Assembly (NCBI GenBank): GCA_965153355.1
Contig: OZ231126.1
Location: forward strand, 33,046,001 to 33,110,000
Source of the DNA: Flaccisagitta enflata
Taxonomy: Eukaryota
Length of the DNA stretch: 64,000 nucleotides
Direction of reading: 5' to 3'
A program made the translations under genes and the position numbers. Below the pieces are notes generated by a model. That model saw only the letters and a list, made by a program, of their open reading frames with translations. It was not told the origin of the DNA and ran no database searches. Below, piece after piece: positions 11,737-54,507 of this stretch (position 1 is the stretch's first letter; every line of letters begins with the position of its first letter).

Positions 11737-14700
11737 TTAGGAGAGATGATTTCCGTTGATCGCTGCCTCCGTCGTCGACGGCTGTTGGTGCTGCTGCAGC
11801 CGCATCCTCTGACTTTTTGAAGGGAGCCAGCGGTACTTTATTTCCCTGCTTATTTTCTCCTTTCTTCTCTTCCTTTTCTTCTTTCTTGTAGGTGCGCCCG
11901 TGGAGAATCGTTGCGTGCCGCTTCTTGCAGGTTGGCAAGTCGGCCTGTTCACGCATCCTTTGGCGTTGTGTCCTGGCAAGAGACAGTGGAAGCAAAGACG
12001 ACGAGACATGATCTTTTGAACTCTCGCGTCCACTTCCAACTCTAACAGCTGATGACAGTTTTCTGTTTGATGCATTCCACTGCAGACATTGCAGCGGTCC
12101 GTCGACTGCGTCTTTTGCTTGCCATTGGTCAAAGCATCTTCATATGATGATGGCGCTTCTTTCTCTGTAGTTGCGACTGCTGCCACTGATGCTGTTTTGC
12201 AGCTGACGCCTTTGTTGCGCTGAATCACTGCCCATGTCTCGATCAAGTTGACCAAATTGTCGAATGAAAACATTTGTCCATTTAGGGCTGCTTCATGTTG
12301 CTTTTCCCAGAATTTATCTGCAAGATGAGGGACCCTCTTGTTGAGGATCTCCTGCAGCAGCTCGTCACGATAGCATTGTTGCACTTCTCCACAGGTCCTC
12401 GCAATCTTCTTTGCCTTTTGCAACCTTGCAGACAAATTGAAATGCCTTGCATGGTCGGCCGACTGGATCTTCGCCTCCGCGACGATTTCGTTGAACAGCG
12501 CCGCAATGTTGCAGCGCCTTGCCATGAAGACGACGTCCATTTTTGCGAAGGCGTCGTCAATCTCTCCTCTTGCTGTCGCTTCAGTTGCATCAATCGTCGC
12601 AGTTTCAATGATCTCTTTTGCCGGACCAGCAAACCACTTAGGCAATTCCAATAAGATGTCCATTTGCGTCAAGCCTTCATGCTTCTCAGCATCTTTAAAC
12701 TTCCTCTTCCACATCATAAAGTCAGTGGACGAAAGCTCCTGCAGAGGCTTCTCAGGTCTTGCTCTCTCCAACGCTTTGAGGCCGACCTCCCTTGCTCGCA
12801 TGAGATCATTGTACGTCGCTCTTTCCAAAAACCTGTCCAGAGCCGGATTGTTGGGCATCTGAACGTGAACTTCCGGTTGACGGACTACTTGGTGATGCTC
12901 CACTTGATGATACGCTGGGGGTTGTTGGACGAAAGCGTATTGACCCCCGACTTTCACCGGAGATCTCTTTTTGGTTTCACGCTCCACCCCACTTCCTCTT
13001 GCTGATTCACTTGTTGTTGACGATCATCTTGATGGAATCGGGGAGCATCAAAATCTTGGCGGACGTACTGTCGTTGTTGTTGTTCTTCTTTTCGCTGTTT
13101 TTCTGCTCTCGCTGCGGCAAGGTCAAAGTCTCTCTGCTGAATCTGCATCTTCAAACTGTCTACTTCTTGCTGCAAACGCTGATTCTGCTGGATAACTTCC
13201 GCTTGAGGCGTTGCTAGAGGCGCTTGCGCTATTTTCGGCGCCTTCGGCTGCAATCCATTCGTTGTCTTCTTAGGAGCGACTTTTCTTCTTTCTTTATCTT
13301 GCAGCTGTTGTGCCAACTTCGCGTCAGCGGCCTCCTGCTTCTGCCTCCTGCGCATTGCCTCCGTTGCATCACCCCCGCTTCCGGCTGTGTTGAAGACCTT
13401 TTCCTCTTGATGGGGAATACCAGTCTCCCTTCTAGCAGAGCCAATCTGCTTCTCGAAGATCACTTCCGGTGCGGTGGGGAGAATCGTTGCCGCTGGGGTT
13501 TGATGATGCTGATCCTGATGCTGTTGCTGTTGTTGAAGCCGTTGCTGCTGCCACTGTTGATGTTGAAGCTGCTGTTGCTGGTCAGGACGCTGTTGCTGCT
13601 CATTCTGCTGCTGCAGTTGACGCTGACGTTGTCCTTGCTGCTGCTGCTGCTCCATCTGTTGCTGCTGCTGCATCGGCTGCTTGACGGACGTTTCCACTGA
13701 CTGCACATGACGTCGCTGTATGTTCGGATTGAACGATCCCGGATTGACGTTTCTGAAGATAGATCGACGGTCTTTTGGCGGATGCTGCGGCTGCTGCTGT
13801 TCCAGCTCAGACAGTTGCCTAAGCTTCACATCTCGCTGCTCTAAAGCCCCACCAATGCCGCCGTCGTTCAGGCTATTCCAGTGCTTCCGTTGCATTTCTG
13901 CCGCATTGTTGAATATTCCCGCTCTTCTATCTTCATCTCGTTGCTGCTGCTGGCGAAAGTTACACATTTTGTCGTATGAGTCCTTGTCTTCTTGTGATGA
14001 GCTTCGTTGTTGGAATCCCAATGGCACCGCGATCGGCGCCTTTGGAGCTGTTGCTGCATCACCACCTTCACCTTCAGCCATCATGCGCAGCCGTTGATCT
14101 GCAAGGCGTTGCTGTCTCTCTTCTTCTGTCTCCTCACTGATGTTCATGCTTTCGACAAAATGGTTGTTTGAAGCTGGAGGATCCACCACCACCGCTGGGA
14201 TTACGGCGGGAGGTTGCTGTTGCTGCTGCAGTTGCTGTTGCATGTTTTCCCCTGCATCGTTTTGTGATTGTTGTTGTTGTTGTTGCTGCTGCTGCTGCTG
14301 ATCGTGTTGTTGCTGTTGCTGCGCCACAGGTTGTGGCGCCGGCTGCAGGTTCTGTTGTTGTTGCTGATCTTGTTGACAAAATTGTTGTAGTTGCTGCAAC
14401 TGCTGCTGCTGCAACAGCTCTTGCTGCTGCCGTTGAGCCGTCGTTTGCTGCTGCTCCTGTGGTCGGTGGAGTTGACGTTGCTGTTGGAGTTGCTGCTGCA
14501 TCTGCAATTGATGCTGCTGCTGTTGCTCCTGTTGCTGTCGCTGCTCCTCCTCCCGTTGTTGCTGCTGCATATCGTTAATCAGCCGACGGCCTTGTCGCAT
14601 TTCCTCCTCCAACTGCCTACCCCATCTGTCTCTCTCAGCACTCCTGTTGACGAAGCGTCGCCTCGCCCTCTCCTGCGGCGTCAATCCGTTGATGATCCCG

Positions 14701-15497
14701 CGGCCTCTTGCGAGAGCGTCGGCGTCGTCGAGATCCGCAAGCATGTCGTCAGCTTGCTGCATTGGAGACGCACGCGCAGGTTCAATTTCCGAGACCAAGT
14801 CTGATACCCATTGATTGACGGCATCTCCTCTTTGGATCGGCGGCAGATTTAGAAATTGGCCGCCAGTCGGAGATTGCGCACCATGTCGCCGGGCCGGAAG
14901 TGGTAGATACTCGGATCCGTCGGGGTTTGGCGAAGACGTTCGCATCCTTGGAGTCGGAGCGCCGTAACATTGTCACGGGGCGGCGGGAGTGTCAGTTGGG
15001 AGACTGTTCCATGAGAATTCGTTGACGGGTCTTTTGCGATTCCCAATGTCGTTGTGCACTGCGTTCACGATGTCGGCGTTGGAAGGAAAACCCTCTGGAT
15101 AGTTTTCACGATCAAAGAAACGCATGGAGTCCCATTCGCTGGATTCGACGCAGCAAAGAAGACGCCGCGAATCGAAGAGGGTCGCCGGCATCGAGTCGAG
15201 CGCCATTTCTCTTGCATACGATATGAAGTCGTAGACCATGTCCCGAAGGCCGTGTCGAGCGCCATCTGATTCACAGGCGGCGCCGTCGGTCACTGCCCCT
15301 TCGGCGCAAGTAGAGACGGCGTCGAAGAGGCGCCGGCATCCTTCCATTTCCGCAGTGATGTCGTTCTTCATTGCGCGCAAACGGTTCGACCTCGGACACT
15401 GATTCAAACCGAAATGAGATACACGAGATGACGTTGGGCGGTCGAGACGGTGTCGTCGTTGCGCGGCTGCCATTGTCCAATTTTTCTGGAGGTCCAT
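11737..15497 (-). pseudogene. gag: BEL Gag with long polyQ N-terminal region and three Cys/His knuckles, frameshifted
   Basis: ORFs 14973-15497, 12954-14945 (Q-rich) and 11737-12987. Knuckles CNVCSGMHQTENC, CFHCLLPGHNAKGC and a frameshifted C..CKKRHATILH. Confidence 0.88.
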
Positions 15498-15531
15498 GAA
15501 AAGAATCGAGTCGTTTTTTAAATTGTTGAAA

Positions 15532-16439
15532 TGTAATTACGCCCACGAGTTTCAACTGGCACTGTCTATGAGCGTCTATCTGACTGACGACTTGTGGTGA
15601 AAGAAAGTTGGCCGATTGGAAAATAGGAAGGCGATCGTCTCGTTTATTCCATAAAAATTTCAACAACTGAAGAGAGGGGGAAAAATGAAAGGGAAAGTGG
15701 GCGTTAATTGTGATCAGCAAACGCAAAAGATAACATGAAATCGAGATAGGACACAATAAAGGACAGAAACAGCACATGACAACATGTTCATCTTCTTCAG
15801 AGCCCATGCCACCTGATAATACCTGCCCCTGCCCCGGCCCATCCCATTAAATTCATCCATATCATCCCTATAGTAAGCTGACCGGGCAAGCGATAAAACC
15901 ATACTAAAATCCGGCGATAAAAATGCAAAAGGGCAAAAGACAAAAATAACAGACCGGAAACAAGAAACAACGTTAATAAAATCAGAAACACGTCTATAAA
16001 AACTTACTTTTAGGCCCACTTTCGTTGGTTTCAACCCACAGTCTGTCGATGTCAAATTAACGTTAATTGTCCGTTCATTAGTTTATCTGCAATAAAAAGA
16101 TGAGAGATTATTGAAATTAGTGAATTCCAAGGGCGCATTCAAACGATCATAAAAATCAATCAATCACTTTAAGAAGCGATGCCATAATTAAATAAAACCA
16201 ATCAATCCAAAATTGGATGATACGAAAGACGAGTTACGTATATTTGCCTACGTAGCAAAAACAAATGGCACAAATCAAGGCGCAACCATATGGTTACCCA
16301 TCTAGCGTTCAATATAAAAAATGGCAAGAAACAAAAGACACGGGCATCGAATAGTAGAGAAAGAGAAAAAAGCCAAAAGCACGCAAAAGAGACAGAAGGC
16401 ACACACACCTAAGCGACGGACAGACATACATTTCTAACA
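15532..16439 (-). repeat. 5' LTR (908 bp)
   Basis: TGTAATTAC...TTTCTAACA, a direct repeat of 3248-4160. Confidence 0.97.
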
Positions 16440-17589
16440 ACTGTCCTGTGTCGATCCTCGGGCATCTGCCTTTGTTCTCTAAATGCTTGCAAGGAGCCGC
16501 TCTGGCCGTAGGATCCCTGGGTGGGGCTCGGGGCTGGGGCGTGGGTGGAGGATGTATCGGCTTGTTGTGATCGATTACTTCTCTCTCTGCGGGATTAGGA
16601 TGTCGAGGGGCGTTTCCCTCGTGAGGATAATGACACCTTTTGCCCAATTCCAGACGATAACATTTGCCATCTTTGGCCAAATTGGGACAAGCGTAATCTT
16701 CGTGGGAAAAGAAGCAATCGATACCATTGTCGATTTTGATACATCTTCCTTTTGCTTCCAGATATTTGCAAGGCAGTCTAACTTTTGGCTTATCGCCTTG
16801 ACGCAATTCCTCTGGTCCATGAGCAAATGAGCATTTGTAAGAAAACCTTTCTTCGCCGCGTGGGCACGTCAATCCATTCTCCCAATGGTAACACATGGTG
16901 GTCTTGTAATTGTTCCTGCCATACTCGGACAAATCATCGACGCCGTGAGCATACGTGCAATCGTTGTCGCCTTTGCAATATCCAGTTTCCATAAACGCGA
17001 CACAAAGACGAATCTTGTGAGTAGAAAATCTGCCATCTTGTTGCTTTTGGCTTTTTGGAGTAAATTGTTGATGGGGCTGGCGCTTGTGAGTAGTGAACCC
17101 CCACTTGTCGGTACACAAAGGCTGGGATTGGGACTTCTTACCAGAGTAGCTGTAGTAACCATTTTTGATATTCAAAATTCTCTCGCCTTTTCGAGGCCGA
17201 TCGCTTTTGGGAACTTCCATTTTCGGTCGCAATTCTTTTTCTCCGTGAGCTTTGAGACACGCTTGTCGGTTTGGGCACGAGATGCCTTCCTTCCAGTAAC
17301 CGCAAAGCGAGGTTTTGTAGCGCATCCAACTGGCCAGCGTGAGATCTTTTGGTCCGTGAGCAAATTCACAAACCGAGGCGTCCAAGGGGCATTTCCCTTC
17401 CGCCATAAAAATGTTGCACAACGCAATTTTTCCGCTGTCGAGCAAATTGGCGAAATCTTCCGCCGTTTCGAGATCCTCGGCGCGGGCGGGTTTAGGATCT
17501 GGTTTCTCGTCGTCGTCGGCGGAAGGAGAAGCGTCGACTTTAGACGGCTCTTTACCCTCTTCATCACTCGAAATCTCGTCGTAATCCAT
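16440..17589 (-). CDS. 5' half of the LTR-interrupted multi-CCCH zinc-finger gene (TIS11/ZFP36-like tandem fingers)
   Basis: ATG (MDYDEISSD) at 17589. Fingers KIALC..C..CEFAHG, YKTSLC..CLKAHG, HKIRLC..CTYAHG, YKTTMC..CSFAHG, PCKYLEAKGRC..CFFSH, CPNLAKDGKC..CHYPH, and the start of a 7th cut by the TSD. Confidence 0.9.
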
Positions 17590-18284
17590 GATACGAATGA
17601 AGAAAAATTTACCGCACAAAAACACGCGTTGATTGGAGGAAAGTTTATGCAAATCAGAAGATAAAAGTTTTTGTTTTTTAGTTTTTGTTTTTTCTACGTT
17701 TTAAAAGGAGAGAAAGTTTTTTTTCTTTTTTCATTAAGAAGCAAATTTTACAATATTGATTTTTTTCCATGAGGAGAGGGAAAAGTTCTATTTTGTTCAA
17801 CAAGTTTATTTATCTTTTGTCGAGCATTTTGATTCGTGTCACAAAATTACTATTAGTGAGTCTATTGAAAGCTTCTTTTTCGAAATTGATAATCGAGTTT
17901 ACAGTTTTGGGCTTGATTCCAGAGCAACTTGGCCGAATTGCCGAAGCTGAAAGCAGAGCGCTAAAAATGTTTATTGTTTAATGTTTAATTAGGATTTTGT
18001 TTTTAACAGTCACAGATTAAAACGTTTTTTATTTCACTGAATCTTAAAATAAAGATTGTGTCAAAAGAGAAAATATTTGCGATATGGCGGCAAATTGTTT
18101 CAATTCGTTGATAACAAATAAGAAATGCGGGGTTACAACATCGTCATGGACGTGAGGGCAGGGGCATACGACCCCCTTTTACACCCCCTGCCACGCATAC
18201 TCGTCGCACACAAATCTGCCTAACACAAAACCAACAGACAAAAAAAAAAAGACTAACTAAAGAGGCAGACAAACGAAACAGACA

Positions 18285-19510
18285 AACAAAGCAAACAAAC
18301 AAAACACACAAACAAAAGACAGACACACAAAGCAGACAGACACACAAAGCAGACAGACACACAAAACAGACAGACACACAAAACAGACAGACACACAAAA
18401 CAGACAGACACACAAAACAGACAGACACACAAAACAGACAGACACACAAAACAGACAGACACACAACACAGACAGACACACAACACAGACAGACACACAA
18501 AACAGATGGACACACAAAACAGATGGACACACAAAACAGATGGACACACAAAACAGATGGACACACAAAACAGATGGACACACAAAACAGATGGACACAC
18601 AAAACAGATGGACACACAAAACAGATGGACACACAAAACAGACGGCCACACAAAACAGACGGACACACAAAACAGATGAACACACAAAACAGACGGACAC
18701 ACAAAACAGACGGACACACAAAACAGACGGACACACAAAACAGACGGACACACAAAACAGACGGACACACAAAACAGACGGACACACAAATCTGAAGGAC
18801 ACACAAAACTGACGGACACACAAAACAGATGGACACACAAAACAGACAGAAAGGCAAAACAGACAGACACGCAAAACAGACAGACACACAAAACAGACAG
18901 ACAGGCAAAACAGACAGACACGCAAAACAGACAGACACGCAAAACTGACAGACACGCAAAACTGACAGACACGCAAAACTGACAGACACGCAAAACTGAC
19001 AGACACACAAAACAGACGGCCAGACACACAAAACAGACGGCCAGACACACAAGACAGACAGCCAGACACACAAGACAGACAGACACAAGACAGACACACG
19101 ACAGACAGACACACAAGGCAGACAGACACACAAAACAGATAGACACACAAAACAGATGGACACACAAAACAGACACACAAAACAGACGGACACACAAAAC
19201 ACGGACACACATAACAGACGGACACACAAAACAGACGGACACACAAAACAGACGGACACACAAAACAGACGGACACACAAAACAGACAGACACACAAAAC
19301 AGACAGACACACAAAACAGACAGACACACAAAAGAGACGGACACACAAAACTGACGGACACACAAAACTGACGGACACACAAAACTGACGGACACACAAA
19401 ACAGACGGACACACAAAACAGACGGACACACAAAACAGACGGACACAAAACAGAAGGACACGCAAAACAGACGGACGCACAAAACAGACGGACGCACAAA
19501 ATAGACGGAC
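18285..19510. repeat. 17-bp minisatellite (ACACACAAAACAGAC[A/G]G variants)
   Basis: About 70 tandem units with blocks of variants (CAGACAG, CAGATGG, CAGACGG, CTGACAG); followed by (CA)n at about 19740-19820. Confidence 0.95.
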
Positions 19511-19761
19511 TCTTTACCATGTCTGCCAATTTACCCATTGTCCATCGCTTCACATATTGTGTGAATAAATGTCATAAAATACAGACGCACAAAACAGACA
19601 CACAAAACAGACACACACAATAGACACAGATAAACAAAAAGAGTCGAAACACACAACGAAACAGTAGAAAATACACAGACAAAATACACCTACAAAATAG
19701 TAAAACACAGACAAAACAGTCACAGAGACACACCCGTGACACACAGACACACACACACACA

Positions 19762-19821
<60 letters not shown>

Positions 19822-21092
19822 ATTATCATACGAGTCAATACGCTGGTACTCGTTGAAATCCGAATTAAACAGCAGCTTGACCATTTCTGAGAATTTCTGA
19901 AACAATCTTTGTTACTTTCTTTCCCTTTCAGTATCGATGAAATGAATCGGCTCAAATTTCCTTCCATGCTGGTTTGTGAGAATGAGTCAGAGGGCCGATT
20001 AGATACGGGAAATCCTGTAAAACATTGGCATTTCATCGTCCAAATCTGGGATATCGATTTTCTCGTAATTCCGATAATGCAATGGTACGATCACTTTAAG
20101 CTGCGCTCAATATTCGAGAACTATTTTTCATGACAACTACATATAACAAGTAACTTAGTGAGTTTGAACCGACGTGGAAAGGCCAGCATTAGTATCCTTT
20201 GGCACTTGGGGCGTCAACCACGCATCGTCATTGCCGAGTGCCGACTTTACCGCCCTCGCTGATTTAACCCCTCATCAAAAACATCATCATCGCTCAATAC
20301 CATAAATTATCATCGCGCAATACCATAAATTAAGTGAGTTAACGCCCAATTTCCTTTTTTGGCACGCCACCACCGGAAGCTACAACAGAAGCGTCGAGTG
20401 TCAGCCAAAAACAAATGCAACCAAACGACCACGCAGGCCACACTGTCCTTCGGGTGAACCCGACTGAAGTTGACAACAATCGTGAACGGTCCATTGCTAA
20501 TTTAGAGTCATCGTTGGATCGCATCGGCAGAACCACGTTATCATTTGGCAATTTGGATGTCGACGACGACGACGACATCGGTCAAACTGAGACTGAAAGA
20601 GTCGAAAACCAAGTAGGAATGAACGGGGTGAGTACGACGGTGATAATTTAATGAGGAGTTCCAATTATTCACATTGTAATGGGGTCTTTTAACGTCAAGA
20701 TCTTGTAAGGAGAGAGAGGCCAGCGACCGTTTAAAATTTTGTCGTCTACAGACGTGCTAACCTGCCATAAATAAACACGGACAGACTACCGAAAGGCAAA
20801 TTATAGAAATGTGTGCACAGGGTAAAGAAAACACGTACGACCGAGACGAAAAGAAGAGTGACAATAGACGTGTCTTTTCAAGCGATAGAAATGACGGTAG
20901 GTGTCGTCGCACCTTTTTCTGTCACGGTATTCTTCAATTACATCGGTCGCTTTACTCCGCCTCCGTGGGCGTTACTTTTTAATTTCATTCATCTAAGAAA
21001 CCATACATCGATAGGAACTACTTCCAAGGGAAGATGAGGGAGAAACTGGTGGAGTTTGCTCCTGCTTGAAACAAGCACGTGTCAGACGAACA

Positions 21093-28200
<7,108 letters not shown>

Positions 28201-28728
28201 CCGACTCTAAATTACACAAAGAACGGAAAGTTTCCCTGTTTTCACATGCCTAAGAATTGCCACATCATTGCCATGGACGTAAGAGATTACACGTCCTTGG
28301 ACACGTCCTTGGACACGTCCTTGGACACGTCCTTGGACGTTTTCATATTTTCGATTTTAGAAAAAATGTTTCTTTAAAATGGTAAAGCTACGTGATTTTC
28401 AGTTTATGTCGTTTGGGTGGCCTTTTCAAATATGATGCTTGAATATAAATGGATTCTTTCTGTCGGCTGTCTTCTATGATTTAAAGATAGCCGAAGAAAA
28501 AATCTTTCATCGTTACTATGCAATTTGCCAAATCGAAGAATATATGAGCTGGTCTGATACCAATAAAGGCGGCTAATCGCCGACCGGAAAAAAGTCGTAA
28601 ATGGGAGTCTTTTTTTTCAGTGCATGTTCTTTTGTGTGTGCATCTCATTTCTAGTTGATTGCTAGTTTGTTTTTGTCTTTCAATCTCTGTTTCTCTTTGT
28701 CTCTTTTCCCTCTTGGTCTTCCTTCCTC

Positions 28729-28808
<80 letters not shown>

Positions 28809-28848
28809 CGTGTGTGTATGTGTCTCTCTGTCTCACTCTGTCTCTCTT

Positions 28849-28879
<31 letters not shown>

Positions 28880-28967
28880 GTCTCTGTTTCTCTCTATGTC
28901 TCTCTTCTCTTTCTGTCTCTGTTGTTCTGTCTGTCTGTCTTGTTTGTCTGTCTCTCTCTCTGTCTCT

Positions 28968-29074
<107 letters not shown>

Positions 29075-29514
29075 TCTTTGATGGATAGCGTTAACTGCCG
29101 CCTCCATTGAACAGATGCAGTTCATTTAAGGTAAAAAGTAAAAGCTAGCGTCATAAAAGTCAGGGTCAATAAGTGTAACATGTTTATTTTTACTTATTGT
29201 TACATATATAGCCAAAAATTGGGATTAATGAAAAATCTCAATTTTTGCAAAATGCGAAAAAATAAAAAAAGATTAAAAATTTCATAACTCCTAAACTAAT
29301 CATCGTAGAGACTTCTGGTTGGCGCCATTTGAAAGAGAAAAATCAGCTCTTTCTTAGCTGTGAATATCAAAAAATGTATCATCCCAGCCCCAAAACTGCA
29401 CAACTTGCTAAAATTGCCGCAAACCGAAAATGGAAAACTTTATTTCTCCCATACGTAATTCGACTTTTTTCCAACAATGATACTACATTTTACCGGTCGC
29501 TACGTTATAAGCAC

Positions 29515-54507
<24,993 letters not shown>

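Larger units (their letters stand above)
3248..16439 (-). mobile_element. Full-length BEL/Pao LTR retrotransposon (13,192 bp) with extra 3' ORF
   Basis: TG..CA direct LTRs at 3248-4160 and 15532-16439, 5-bp TSD ACTGT (3243-3247, 16440-16444), and Gag-PR-RT-RH-IN order with BEL-type motifs (SLND.L..GPNL, DIKAFFHQI, FCDA, PRVE, NPAD.CSRG, GGVWER, FWKSWRVEYL). Confidence 0.97.

Noticed and set aside
15487-15496. TGGAGGTCC match to a tRNA-Gln 3' end as PBS
   Set aside because: On the wrong strand relative to Gag-Pol and only 9 nt long.
16885-17664. 259-aa plus-strand ORF, and other antisense ORFs over Gag/Pol
   Set aside because: Antisense shadows of real coding frames with no recognisable motifs.
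18285-19510. CRISPR-like array
   Set aside because: Contiguous tandem units without unique spacers, no cas genes, and eukaryotic context.
18144-19553. 400+ aa Cys/Val-rich ORFs in three frames
   Set aside because: Translations of the 17-bp minisatellite, which lacks stop codons on that strand.
28288-28340. Short tandem duplications (ACACGTCCTTGG x4; also near 20285, 39930, 44130 and 61017)
   Set aside because: Ordinary slippage-type repeats with no further structure.
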